This document shows positions 36,328-46,557 of a stretch of DNA of 64,000 nt, piece after piece. How positions within the stretch are numbered: position 1 is the first letter of the stretch; each line of letters starts with the position of its first letter. Origin of the DNA: Novosphingobium sp. GTDB lineage: Bacteria; Pseudomonadota; Alphaproteobacteria; Sphingomonadales; Sphingomonadaceae. The notes beneath the pieces were generated by a model. That model worked only from the letters and a program-made list of their open reading frames with translations, was not told the origin of the DNA and did not search any database. Position numbers and translations under genes: made by a program. The DNA lies in NCBI RefSeq assembly GCF_041915465.1, contig NZ_JAYSBK010000004.1, positions 13,559-77,558 of the forward strand, given 5' to 3'.

Positions 36328-38784
36328 TTACTCCTTTGGTTGGCCCAATTGGGCGGGGACAATGGGATCGGGGTCTGGGAGCATGTCAGCGGCCCAGCCG
36401 AGGCCGCGATGGCGCAGCCAGGCGGCAGCGAAGCCTGCTGGCCCAAGCGCTTCGGTCAGTTCGGCAATCGCCAGCTGGTCGGTCTTCGACGAGGTGGCGG
36501 TGAAGGCGAGCGCAACTTCGCCCAGTCCCAGCTCGAACAGCCGGTTGCCGCGCGCCGACTGGCAGTAATAGTCGCGCTTGGGGGTCGCCCGTGCGACGAT
36601 CTCGATCTGCCGGTCGTTGAGCCCGAAGCGACGATAGATGCTCAAGATTTGCGGCTCGACTGCGCGCTCATTGGGCAGGAAGATGCGGGTTGGGCAACTT
36701 TCGATGATGGCTGGCGCAATCGCCGAAGTCTCGACGTCAGCAAGGCTTTGGGTCGCAAAGACAACGCTTGCATTCTTCTTGCGCAGCGTCTTCAGCCATT
36801 CGCGCAACTGCGCGGCGAATGCGGGACTGTCGAGCACTAGCCAGCCCTCGTCGATGATGATCATCGTCGGCGAGCCGTCGAGCCTCCCCTCGATCCGGTG
36901 GAACAGGTAGGATAGCACGGCGGGCGCTGCCGCCGATCCGGTCAGGCCTTCGGTCTCGAAGGCCTGGAAGCTGGCTTCGCCCAGATGTTCGACTTCGGCA
37001 TCAAGTAGCCGCCCGAAAGGACCGCCAATGCAATAGGGCGCGAGCGCCTGTTTCAGTGCCTGCGACTGGAGCAGCACCGCAAGGCCGGTCAGCGTGCGCT
37101 CGCCGATTGGTGCAGTTGCAAGCGAAGACAGCGCCGACCAGAGATGCTCCTTGGTGGCAGGATCGACCGTGACGCCCTCGGCGGCCAGGATCGCCTGCAG
37201 CCATTCGGCTGCCCAGTTGCGCTCGGCAGGTTCATTGATCCGTGCCAGCGGCTGCAACAGCACCGCGCCGACACCATCATCGGCCAGACTGGCTCCCAAA
37301 TCCTGCCAGTCGCCGCCGCAGGCGAGAGCGGCCGCCCGGATCGAACCGCCGAAATCAAAGGCGAAAACCTGGGCGCGATCGTAGCGGCGGAACTGCAAGG
37401 CCATCAGCGCGAGCAGCACCGATTTGCCCGCTCCGGTTGGCCCGACGATTAGCGTATGGCCGACATCGCCGACATGGAGCGAAAACCGGAATGGGGTCGA
37501 ACCTTCGGTCCGCGCATAGAAGAGCGGGGCGCTGCGGAAATGCTCATCCCATTCCGGCCCGGCCCACACCGCCGAGAGCGGGATCATGTGGGCAAGATTG
37601 AGCGTGGAGATCGGGGGCTGACGGACATTGGCATAGACATGGCCGGGGAGCGAGCCGAGCCAGGCCTCGACCGAGTTCATACCTTCGGCGATCACGGTGA
37701 AATCGCGGCCCTGGATGATCTTCTCGACGAGGCGCAGCTTCTCGGCGGCAAGCGCAGCGTCCTCGTCCCAGACGGTGACGGTCGCGGTGACATAGGCCTG
37801 GCCGACATGATCGGCGCCCAATTCTTGCAGCGCCGCGTCGGCATCGGCCGCCTTGTTCGAGGCATCGCTATCAACCAGGACCGAAGTCTCGTTGGTCATC
37901 ACCTCCTTGATGATCGCGCCCAACGACTTGCGCTTGGCGAACCATTGCCGCCGGATCTTGCCGAGAAGCTGAGTCGCATCGGTCTTGTCGAGCATCACCG
38001 CGCGGGTCGACCAACGATAGGCGAAGGCGAGCCGATTGAGCTCGTCGAGCAGGCCCGGAAAGGTCGCGCTCGGAAACCCGACCACGGTGAGTGTGCGCAG
38101 ATGCGCACGGCCCAGGCGCGGTTCGAGTCCGCCGGTGAGCGGCTCGTCAGTGAGCAGCGCGTCGAGATGCATCGGCGTTTCGGGCACGCGGACCCGATGG
38201 TTGCGGGTCGAGATGCAACTGTGAAGATAGGTCAGCGTCTCGCTGTCATCGAGCCAGGCGACCTCGGGAACGAAGCCTTCGACTAGGCGCAGCAGCCGGT
38301 CGGTGCGGTCGATGAAGAGGTCGAGCAGCTCCTTCGGGTTGATGCCCTTCTCGGCCTTGCCCTCGTAGAGCCAGCTCTCGGCGCGTGCGGCGTCTTCGGC
38401 GGGCGGCATCCATAGAAGGGTGAGAAAATACCGGCTCTCAAAATGCGCACCTTCCTCGGCGAACTGCGCAGCGCGTTCGCGCTCGACCAGCGCCGAGGCC
38501 GGATCGGGAAAGTCGCTTTCCGGATAGTCCTGCGCTGGGCGGCGCACCGCCTCGACGAAGATTGCCCAACCCGAGCCCAGACGCCGCAGTGCGCTGTTGA
38601 GCCGGGCCGTCGTCGCGATCAGTTCGGCAGGCGTGGCGCTGTCGAGGTCCGGCCCCCGGAAGCGCGCCGAACGCTGGAAGCTACCGTCCTTGTTGAGCAC
38701 GACGCCCGGTGCGACCAGCGCCGCCCAGGGCAGGAAGTCTGCAAGCCGGTCGGCCTTGTCTCTGTATTCGCGAAGCGAGAGCAT
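36328..38784 (-). CDS. trbE: Conjugal transfer ATPase TrbE/VirB4
   Basis: Walker A GPTGAGKS, IIIDEGW and WLKTLRKKN motifs. Confidence 0.96.
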   Translation of the reverse strand: MLSLREYRDKADRLADFLPWAALVAPGVVLNKDGSFQRSARFRGPDLDSATPAELIATTARLNSALRRLGSGWAIFVEAVRRPAQDYPESDFPDPASALVERERAAQFAEEGAHFESRYFLTLLWMPPAEDAARAESWLYEGKAEKGINPKELLDLFIDRTDRLLRLVEGFVPEVAWLDDSETLTYLHSCISTRNHRVRVPETPMHLDALLTDEPLTGGLEPRLGRAHLRTLTVVGFPSATFPGLLDELNRLAFAYRWSTRAVMLDKTDATQLLGKIRRQWFAKRKSLGAIIKEVMTNETSVLVDSDASNKAADADAALQELGADHVGQAYVTATVTVWDEDAALAAEKLRLVEKIIQGRDFTVIAEGMNSVEAWLGSLPGHVYANVRQPPISTLNLAHMIPLSAVWAGPEWDEHFRSAPLFYARTEGSTPFRFSLHVGDVGHTLIVGPTGAGKSVLLALMALQFRRYDRAQVFAFDFGGSIRAAALACGGDWQDLGASLADDGVGAVLLQPLARINEPAERNWAAEWLQAILAAEGVTVDPATKEHLWSALSSLATAPIGERTLTGLAVLLQSQALKQALAPYCIGGPFGRLLDAEVEHLGEASFQAFETEGLTGSAAAPAVLSYLFHRIEGRLDGSPTMIIIDEGWLVLDSPAFAAQLREWLKTLRKKNASVVFATQSLADVETSAIAPAIIESCPTRIFLPNERAVEPQILSIYRRFGLNDRQIEIVARATPKRDYYCQSARGNRLFELGLGEVALAFTATSSKTDQLAIAELTEALGPAGFAAAWLRHRGLGWAADMLPDPDPIVPAQLGQPKE

Positions 38785-38788
38785 TGGC

Positions 38789-39064
38789 TCAGACCCTCAG
38801 ATAGGTTGGAAAGCGCAGATGCCGCCGAGCGACATCGACGAACTGGGGATCGCGCCGCGCCGCCCAGACCGAGACCGCATGGCCAAGCGCGAAGATCACC
38901 ACGCCCGCGATCCACAGCCGCAGGCCCAGCCCGATCGCGGCGGCCAGCGTCGCATTCGCGATCGCAAGGCCCCGCGGTGCGCCGCCGAGCAGGATATGCT
39001 CGGTCAGCGCGCGGTGAACCGGGACGACAAAGCCGGGCACAGCTTCGGGCGGCGCGGTTTCCAT
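38789..39064 (-). CDS. trbD: Conjugal transfer protein TrbD/VirB3
   Basis: VPVHRALTEHILLGGAPR..DPQF motif. Confidence 0.92.
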   Translation of the reverse strand: METAPPEAVPGFVVPVHRALTEHILLGGAPRGLAIANATLAAAIGLGLRLWIAGVVIFALGHAVSVWAARRDPQFVDVARRHLRFPTYLRV

Positions 39065-39396
39065 CAGACGAGCGCTCCGCCGCCGAACGAGAAGAACGAC
39101 AGGAAGAAGGACGAGGCGGCGAAGGCGATCGACAGGCCGAACACGATCTGGATCATCCGGCGCGCACCGCCCGAGGTGTCGCCGAACGCGAGCGCAAGGC
39201 CGGTGGCGATGATGATCATGACCGCGACGATCTTGGCGACCGGTCCCTGGATCGATTCGAGGATCGACTGGAGCGGCGCTTCCCACGGCATTGACGAACC
39301 CGCCGCATGGGCGGGCGTCGCCACGGAAAGGGCAATGAAGCCGCCGAGCATGGCAGCGGACAGGCGGTCACGGGCGCGCGAAATGGTCTGGAACAC
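39064..39396 (-). CDS. trbC: Pilin TrbC/VirB2
   Basis: AGSSMPWEAPLQSILESIQGPVAK..LAFGD motif; GTG start inferred. Confidence 0.92.
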   Translation of the reverse strand: MFQTISRARDRLSAAMLGGFIALSVATPAHAAGSSMPWEAPLQSILESIQGPVAKIVAVMIIIATGLALAFGDTSGGARRMIQIVFGLSIAFAASSFFLSFFSFGGGALV

Positions 39397-39400
39397 GAGT

Positions 39401-40378
39401 TCAATCTCCTTGGGCTTGGGGGGTGACGGGAAGGATGCGGTAGTCGCCTCGGCTATCGAGCCCGGTGACCTCGGCGAGTTCGGCGAGCCGCCGCCCGGTT
39501 CCGTCGCGGACCAGCACGGCGATGACGTCGATGGTCTCGGCAATGAGCGCGCGCGGCACGGTCACCACGCTTTCCTGGATCAGCTGTTCCATGCGCCGCA
39601 GGGTGCCGAGCGCTGATCCGGCATGGATCGTTCCAACCCCGCCGGGATGGCCGGTGCCCCAGGCTTTGAGCAGGTCGAGCGCTTCAGCGCCGCGCACCTC
39701 GCCGATGGGGATACGGTCGGGCCGCAGGCGCAGGGCGGAGCGGACCAGGTCGGAGAGGGTGGCAACGCCGTCCTTGGTGCGCAGCGATACGAGGTTAGGT
39801 GCGGCGCATTGCAGCTCGCGGGTATCCTCGATCAGGACCACCCGGTCGTCGGTCTTGGCAACTTCGGCGAGCAGCGCGTTGGTTAGTGTGGTCTTGCCGG
39901 TCGATGTGCCGCCGGCGACCAGAATGTTCTTGCGGCCCGCAACCGCGCGGGCCAGCGCGTCAGCCTGCCAACGATCCATGATCCCTGCGGCGACGTAGTC
40001 GGCGAGCGCGAACACCGCTACGGCGGGCTTACGGATGGCGAAGCTGGGCGCGGCCACGACCGGCGGCAACAGCCCCTCGAACCGCTCCCCCGTCTCGGGT
40101 AGCTCGGCCGAAACCCGCGGGGCTTTGGCATGGACCTCGGTCCCAACATGGTGCGCGACCAGGCGGATGATCCGCTCGCCATCGGCGGCGGACATTCCGC
40201 TCCCCGTATCGGCGATCCCGGTTCCCAGCCGGTCGATCCACAGCCGCCCGTCGGGATTGAGCATGACCTCGATGACCGAGGCGTCTTCAAGCCAGGCGGC
40301 AATCTCCGGCCCGAGCGCCGTGCGCAGCATACGCGCGCCGCGCGATGATGCTTGGCTTTGGATCGGGATGACGCTCAT
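39401..40378 (-). CDS. trbB: Conjugal transfer ATPase TrbB/VirB11
   Basis: [23 protein letters not shown] and WGTGHPGG motifs. Confidence 0.96.
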   Translation of the reverse strand: MSVIPIQSQASSRGARMLRTALGPEIAAWLEDASVIEVMLNPDGRLWIDRLGTGIADTGSGMSAADGERIIRLVAHHVGTEVHAKAPRVSAELPETGERFEGLLPPVVAAPSFAIRKPAVAVFALADYVAAGIMDRWQADALARAVAGRKNILVAGGTSTGKTTLTNALLAEVAKTDDRVVLIEDTRELQCAAPNLVSLRTKDGVATLSDLVRSALRLRPDRIPIGEVRGAEALDLLKAWGTGHPGGVGTIHAGSALGTLRRMEQLIQESVVTVPRALIAETIDVIAVLVRDGTGRRLAELAEVTGLDSRGDYRILPVTPQAQGD

Positions 40379-40665
40379 GAAATGCCTCGTGTGCGCGGAG
40401 CAACCGACCATCGGCTGCGCTCGCGAGGCAGATCAAAAGGGCATCAGAATGGGGGAATGCAACAGCTTGTTGCGGTCAGGGTAGTGTGGCGAAATGGGAG
40501 AAACGGACGGCGACGCTGTGAACTACCCAATGGTAGGTCCCGCCTGAACAGCAGCCATCGTGAAGCCGTTCGTATATCCCCGTTACCTGTCATAGGTTGA
40601 CGCTTGCGCTGCTAGGGATTGGAGTAGACTTACGGGCGCGGACGCCTCGCATTTGCGCAGGCGCG

Positions 40666-43656
40666 TCAATGCTTGGTCTCGGGCCCACCCCATTCCCGTT
40701 TCATCTGCTCGAGTTCACGTTCTGCAATCCGCTGTTCCCATGCCATAGACTGCACCGCCGAGCGCGCCTGGGTTCTGGCGAACGCGGCAACCTTTTCGCG
40801 AGGGTCGTTGATCCAGGCTTGAAGGCGTCCGTGCTGTTCGACCTCAGCCTCGACCCGGCCGAACTGCCCCGTGACCACGCCCGTCTCGCCGAGTACGGCG
40901 ATGACCCGCCCCAGCATGTCGTCGCCCTGCTCAAGACGGTCGACGACGTCCATGCAGACGGCGTAAACCTCTTCGGCACCTTCATAGGGCTGTAGCGTCG
41001 AGAGCACGAACGAAAGGTCGTCGCGATCGCCGTTCGCGACGAAACGTCTCAGAGGATCTGCAATTTCCGGTATGAGCTGGGGGAAGATGTTTGCCACCAG
41101 CTTGCCGCCGAGGAAACGGTGGAGCGAAGGCTTCAGGCCGTACATGCGGCGCGCGGATCGCAGCAGCGTCTCGGGATGGCGCGACAACGGCCGCGGAAGT
41201 TCGTGGAGCCTGAACGGAACGGCGTCGAAGTAGCCACCGTCGCCGCGTCCGCGACCGATCCGGAACTCGAAGAATTCGAGCACCTGCACTGGAAAATTAT
41301 CAGCCGTCCGAGCAAGCGCATACTCGGCATTATGGTCTATCTTGGGCAGCTCGAGAAAAGACACCAAGAAGGCCGCGGTCTGGGCCTCATCCAAGGCCGC
41401 CACCATGCCGCTGTGGGACACCCACCATGCATTGACGATCCAGCCAGGCTGGCGCGCATCAGTAAACGAAGCGACTGCCGGCATCAGCACGTCGGCGATG
41501 AGTGATGGATCACCCTTCTTTTTGAAAGCCTGACCCGCAGCATTGACGAGCGCCAGTACTCCATCGTGCTCGCCAAGCTCACGCGCTCGCATCGAAAGGG
41601 AAGAAAGGCGCTCGGATCCATCACCGTCGCGCTCGCCGAGCCACGCGGCCATTTCCTGGAAGTATCGTCCCTGTCCCGAAAAGCGCGCCACTGCTAGATC
41701 AATGGCGTCGAGCCGCCCTGCAGCCTCGAGGCCGTGGAGCAGCGGCGTCAGTATGAGGCGGAGTGCATCGTCCATCTGATAAAGCAGGTGAACTGCTATA
41801 TCGGGTCTCGTCTCGGCAAGGTGGCGCGAAAAGCCCGACAAGGGAAGCCAATCCCCGATCCCGATCGGCTCTGCAAGATATCGACGCACCAACGCAGTCC
41901 AGGCCTCGGCGCCATCCGTGTCGATCTGCGCGACGATCGCGGGAAAGCCTTCCTCCCGCCACTTCTGCAAGCGCTCGGGGTCAAAATGCTCGGCGTCCCA
42001 CGCATCTGGGTGCACCGAATCGTGCCCTATTAGCGTCTTGTAGAGGATGAAATCCGGATCGGCGTTGAGCGTATCCCTGAGAGCCAGCAGTTCGCCCACG
42101 ATGGCCGTCTGCGCTCCGACCAATTCAGCGTTCGCAACCATGTCTTCGGGCAGTACGTGATACCAGGAATGCACATGGATGGCGTCTACCTCTATCTGCC
42201 TGCGTATCTCCAGGCGGCATTGCGGTGCCAATACGCGCTGGATCGCGGCGACCCGCGCTGCATCGTTCATAACGAGGACCCGAACCGCCTCGCTACCGCC
42301 ATAGTAAGGCGGTCGGCTCGCCTCGCGCAGCGCCGACAATATCTCGCCGCGTTCCTGATCGTCGGCCGAGACAGCAAGCAGGCTCTCGAGCAACCCGATC
42401 GCGTCGGAGCGAACCTGGCGGACGGCATCGGACGCGTTGACCGAGCCCTTGGCAATCTGGAACGTGTGAAAGTCGCCGCGGCTGATTCCGCCGACTTCTG
42501 ACGAAAGCACCTGCTGCATCATTGTGACGACGAGCTCGCGCGCGGCGGTCAAAGCATCAGTGCCGAGAGCGGCGAACACGTTTAGGATGAGGCGCTGAAC
42601 CGCAGGGCCATGTGTCCGCCATGTCCCGACGTCGTTCTCCGCCAAGCGTCGGCCAAGATCAAGCCAGAGGCGCCTTTCCTCGCCTTCCGATCGGCTGAAC
42701 AGGCGGATAAGCGCGTCGAGCGTGCGCGTCGGATCATAAAGCGAGTGGTGCTCGATGACTGGCGCCACCTTGCGCGCGACATCTAACCCATTCTCCCCGT
42801 CGAAAGTGCCGCTCGGATCGACGATCGGCTCCGCCGGCGATCTCCGGGTTCGCTCCACGACGTCGATCAGCACCGGCAGCTGTTCCAGGAAGCGGTCGCC
42901 TCTGTTCTCGAGGCGGGGGAGGACGACGTCGCTCAGCGTGTCCAGGGCCGCCGATAGGGCATTGTTGCTCTTCGAGGTCGAGATCGCCTCGATACACGGC
43001 TCGAAGTTTTGATCGGCCTGAATCAAGAGGGCAAAGTCGCGCGCGATCATGTCGAAGTCGTGCCCTGCGGGGAGCAGATGTTCGCGCATTACAGCGTCCA
43101 TCCGCTCCTTGATGCGTTCAAGCTGCTGCTTGTCCACATGCTTAAGGTCGGGCTCCTTGTAGATGGTGTCGTGACCCATCTCGGCCCAAGCATGCTTGAG
43201 CAGGGTCTGGACTTGGATTTCGATCTTGAGACCCGCGAACGGGCGATATTCCGCGAGAGCGGTTCGGTCGGGCTTGAGCTGGGCGGTATAGTTGGTGCTG
43301 TCGAACAGCCGAGTCTCTGTCTCTGTGCCAGGCACCGGGTGGTGCACGTTCACGTTCGAGACCTCAAAATTCTCGTGAATGATGCCTGATGCCAGGAAGC
43401 GCTCGACCTGCGTATTGGTCAGGAAGACGAGGCGAACGCCGGCCAAATCCCTGAGCTGCTCGTTGATCGCGGTGTCGAGCGAGATGCCGTGCTTCTCGAG
43501 CTTCTTCCTCAAGGATACCGCATCCTTCGCTCGCCCCGTGATGGCATGCGGCGTCATCGCATTCGCTTTGACGGCTCCCGCCAGGATCTGGCGGACCGCT
43601 TCGACAAATTCCGCGTAGAGGGCGCGTCCGCCGAGCTGATATTCCTCGAACGTCAC
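40666..43656 (-). CDS. 996-aa protein with N-terminal RelA/SpoT-type synthetase domain and long helical C-terminal region
   Basis: GRAK..S, DLAGVR, EIQVQT and HAWAEMGHDTIYK motifs in the first 170 aa; GTG start with GGAGG RBS overlapping the upstream stop. Confidence 0.85.
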   Translation of the reverse strand: MTFEEYQLGGRALYAEFVEAVRQILAGAVKANAMTPHAITGRAKDAVSLRKKLEKHGISLDTAINEQLRDLAGVRLVFLTNTQVERFLASGIIHENFEVSNVNVHHPVPGTETETRLFDSTNYTAQLKPDRTALAEYRPFAGLKIEIQVQTLLKHAWAEMGHDTIYKEPDLKHVDKQQLERIKERMDAVMREHLLPAGHDFDMIARDFALLIQADQNFEPCIEAISTSKSNNALSAALDTLSDVVLPRLENRGDRFLEQLPVLIDVVERTRRSPAEPIVDPSGTFDGENGLDVARKVAPVIEHHSLYDPTRTLDALIRLFSRSEGEERRLWLDLGRRLAENDVGTWRTHGPAVQRLILNVFAALGTDALTAARELVVTMMQQVLSSEVGGISRGDFHTFQIAKGSVNASDAVRQVRSDAIGLLESLLAVSADDQERGEILSALREASRPPYYGGSEAVRVLVMNDAARVAAIQRVLAPQCRLEIRRQIEVDAIHVHSWYHVLPEDMVANAELVGAQTAIVGELLALRDTLNADPDFILYKTLIGHDSVHPDAWDAEHFDPERLQKWREEGFPAIVAQIDTDGAEAWTALVRRYLAEPIGIGDWLPLSGFSRHLAETRPDIAVHLLYQMDDALRLILTPLLHGLEAAGRLDAIDLAVARFSGQGRYFQEMAAWLGERDGDGSERLSSLSMRARELGEHDGVLALVNAAGQAFKKKGDPSLIADVLMPAVASFTDARQPGWIVNAWWVSHSGMVAALDEAQTAAFLVSFLELPKIDHNAEYALARTADNFPVQVLEFFEFRIGRGRGDGGYFDAVPFRLHELPRPLSRHPETLLRSARRMYGLKPSLHRFLGGKLVANIFPQLIPEIADPLRRFVANGDRDDLSFVLSTLQPYEGAEEVYAVCMDVVDRLEQGDDMLGRVIAVLGETGVVTGQFGRVEAEVEQHGRLQAWINDPREKVAAFARTQARSAVQSMAWEQRIAERELEQMKREWGGPETKH

Positions 43657-44912
43657 GCAGCGCCTCCGCCTATGTAAATGGGCTCGTAAAGAGCGCCGGA
43701 CTCGTCACCCGTCCAAGTTTCCCCGCTAAAGCCGGTGGACCCGTCCTCGAAGCCGCTTGCGAGCCATAGCGCGTCCAGCATTCGCCGCAGCGCACCTGGC
43801 TGCACGGCATCAGATGAGGGAAGGTCGACCATACCGAGTTCGAGCCCGGGAATCCGGAGCATACGACTCGTAGTGCGAGCGCCCCTGATCTTCACATCCT
43901 GGAGATCATGCACGCTGGCCTCTAACGAAACAGGGCCTGAGGCACCGAGTTCCTTCAGCAGCGCTGCCAGTCGGCGCGCAGTCTCTACAATCGTTCCTTC
44001 CAAACGCCGCCCGTCGACAACGATATCAGGATCGTCCTGGATTCTAGCACCCACCGTGAGCGAGGCTTCGAGGCAACCCGGCTCAACGAGCCTTGTATAC
44101 CAACGGGCTTCGGGATTGAGCCCATCACTCCGCTGTTTGACAGGATCGTAGCTGGCCCATTGCCCGAGGCTCGTGATCGCCTCGGCACGCTCATAGGCTT
44201 CAGGCACGAAATGCAACTTCAGCTTCTTGATCGCTACGGGGTCAAGGTAGGCCACGGGCTTTGCAGGTGCCATCCGCATCACAAGTCTAGGGCCAGGAAC
44301 GATCGCCGGCACATCACCGCGACCCGTACGATTCCGGAGATCGGCTATCATTTCATGGGCAGCGCGCATTGCATCGGGCTGGACAGCGCCAGCCGCGCGC
44401 TTGGCCAGCGCATGGTCTATTGATGCAGCGAGATAGTCTTCCATCTTTTTAGCGAAGACCCCGCGTACCTTGCGCCGCTCGCCATCGGAAGCGCCTTCCG
44501 CAAGTCGCCACGATGCTGGGTGACGCAAATGGGCGAGGTCGAAGGGAAGCGCCGTAGGCTCCCCGAAAGCGGTGTTCATCACCAGGATGATCTGCTCGTC
44601 ATCCAGCAACGCGCGTGCGTACCCATATTCGGTCAAGACGTTCGGATTCGGCACCAGTTTCCCACCGCTTGTTTCGGCAACAAACGAGACATCGCCAACG
44701 AAGACCGCGCAGCGTCGGATCTTGCGAAGAATTGTCTCGCTGACAGGGGGCGTACCGGCGACACCGGCCGTATCGGAGTCGAGCATTAGGTCGAAGGGAA
44801 ACCGGCTCTGGATTGCCCCGATCGCTTCGTTGAGCGCGATGCGGCCGAATCGCCGGCAGACGTCGTCGTCACGATCGCTCTGCCATGAATAAAAGATACG
44901 AATCTCGTCCAA
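43653..44912 (-). CDS. TIR-like/nucleotide-binding domain protein with C-terminal domain of unknown function
   Basis: IFYSWQSD..FVGDVS..PNPNVLTEYGYA..IILVMN..LPFDL flavodoxin-like signature; TTG start at 44912 inferred. Confidence 0.7.
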   Translation of the reverse strand: MDEIRIFYSWQSDRDDDVCRRFGRIALNEAIGAIQSRFPFDLMLDSDTAGVAGTPPVSETILRKIRRCAVFVGDVSFVAETSGGKLVPNPNVLTEYGYARALLDDEQIILVMNTAFGEPTALPFDLAHLRHPASWRLAEGASDGERRKVRGVFAKKMEDYLAASIDHALAKRAAGAVQPDAMRAAHEMIADLRNRTGRGDVPAIVPGPRLVMRMAPAKPVAYLDPVAIKKLKLHFVPEAYERAEAITSLGQWASYDPVKQRSDGLNPEARWYTRLVEPGCLEASLTVGARIQDDPDIVVDGRRLEGTIVETARRLAALLKELGASGPVSLEASVHDLQDVKIRGARTTSRMLRIPGLELGMVDLPSSDAVQPGALRRMLDALWLASGFEDGSTGFSGETWTGDESGALYEPIYIGGGAA

Positions 44913-45108
44913 ATACCTACACCTCTCATTCGATCCTGCGATGATAGGATTGTCACCCGCAAGCACGCAGCGATCGGTATCTTGCCAGATCGGAAGGAGT
45001 TTTCCTGCGCTTTCTATGCACTCGTGTACGCATGTGGGACCGTAGTGCTCATAATCACGGAATTTCAACGCGATTTTGGCATAATGTTTGGCCACGCTCG
45101 CACGCGCG

Positions 45109-46557
45109 TTAGCGCGACAAATCGCTGGGGCGTGCGAGGCCTCCTTGGAGCAGGCAGGTAACAACATAAATCGGACTCGTACCGGTCTCGACCGGGATGA
45201 TCGTCAATCCGTCCGTCACAGGAAACGGAGGGGTTGATTTCACGCTGCAATCCAGCACGCACAACAAGGCGACACGACGGCCGCTTCCAACCGCGTAGCT
45301 CGCCGCTTGCCCGGCAAACTGCTTACAATCGTCCGGTAGGAGACGCTTCGATTGCTCGGATTTAAGCTCGATCCTTATACCCCTGAACGTCAGGTCGACC
45401 TTGCCTCCGGTGACCTGTCCCTGAACCTCAAGCTCACTGCCAATGGCGGCGTTGGCACGCAGGAATGACTGAAAATCGGCTTGGAAAGCGGCTTCATCGA
45501 TGGGCTTGGGATAGCGTTTGTCCTGGACCGCTTGTCCCATCAGATTGCCGACTGGGGTGAGAAGCGCCAAGAGGTCGCAAATATCCGTCTCCGAGATTAG
45601 CGGTTCGAGCCGCAACCGCTCGCGTAACTGAACGATCTTCGCGTCCAGTTCGCCATAACCGGTAAGCGGATGGCGCGACGTGTCGGTCCCATCGAGGCGC
45701 AACGTTCGCTGTCCCGCGACGACGACAGTTTCGTCGCGTTCGAGCCGAGGCTGAAACTCGGCCGCGTAGCGAAATTCGAGCGGTCGCGCGTTGAAGCCCT
45801 GTGACGCATGCAGCGCCATCCGGCCCTGGCGCTGAAATGTGAAGGGCGCGGGTCCGTCAGGGCGGGGAAATTCGAAGGTCGGGAAATCCCATGTGCTTGT
45901 CGGCTCGATTGAAACCGGCGCAATAACCAATCGCTCGGCGTCGTCGGGCCAGCGCGAAACACGGATAGTCAGATCGAGATCGTGAACCTGCCCCGCTGAA
46001 AGACTGTGGCATGTCTCGGCGGGTTTGCCGTCAATAGAAAATTCCAGAAACGCGACGGCAATCTCGTCCGGTTTCACGGGCAGGTCGTCTGCGGCAGGCG
46101 GGCCGAACCCGCCGCGATCCTCGATACCGAAAATTGCGACGGGCATTTCAAGCTCCGCTATCGCGGCGCCGAGAATTGGCACAGCGTCGACGTCGAGCTC
46201 GCCGTCAATGGGCGCGAGGGCCGTGACGAGCGCCACAGCATAGGCACCATGGGCATCGTCGCTAGCGAGACTGCGATAGCGGAGCCGGGCGGCGCGCAGG
46301 AACCGATCAGCGTCGACTGCGGCTATATGGACGGCTTCGCTCCAGTCGGCGAGCAGGCCGAGGATTTCGAGCGCGGCGGCGAAGGTTCGCCAATCCTTCG
46401 CGGCCTCCGCCTTGCCATAGAGCTCGGCCGCTGCCGCAACCGCTTCGGCCCGCGCACGCAACTCGGCGCCCCCGGCATAGCGCGGCTGTGCTGTGACCGC
46501 TTCGATCGCAGCGACCCTAGAAGGGAAGGTTTGAGCGAGCACGACGTTCACGCTCAT
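45109..46557 (-). CDS. Hypothetical protein with C-terminal PD-(D/E)XK nuclease-like domain
   Basis: DEAAFQADF..GGKVDLTF.GIRIELKSE..QAASYA fits the E..D..ExK..QxxxY restriction-like nuclease motif; beta-rich middle region. Confidence 0.65.
   Translation of the reverse strand: MSVNVVLAQTFPSRVAAIEAVTAQPRYAGGAELRARAEAVAAAAELYGKAEAAKDWRTFAAALEILGLLADWSEAVHIAAVDADRFLRAARLRYRSLASDDAHGAYAVALVTALAPIDGELDVDAVPILGAAIAELEMPVAIFGIEDRGGFGPPAADDLPVKPDEIAVAFLEFSIDGKPAETCHSLSAGQVHDLDLTIRVSRWPDDAERLVIAPVSIEPTSTWDFPTFEFPRPDGPAPFTFQRQGRMALHASQGFNARPLEFRYAAEFQPRLERDETVVVAGQRTLRLDGTDTSRHPLTGYGELDAKIVQLRERLRLEPLISETDICDLLALLTPVGNLMGQAVQDKRYPKPIDEAAFQADFQSFLRANAAIGSELEVQGQVTGGKVDLTFRGIRIELKSEQSKRLLPDDCKQFAGQAASYAVGSGRRVALLCVLDCSVKSTPPFPVTDGLTIIPVETGTSPIYVVTCLLQGGLARPSDLSR

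Noticed and set aside
40666-43656. Housekeeping relA/spoT (rsh)
   Set aside because: No N-terminal HD hydrolase or TGS/ACT domains, and it lies inside ICE cargo.
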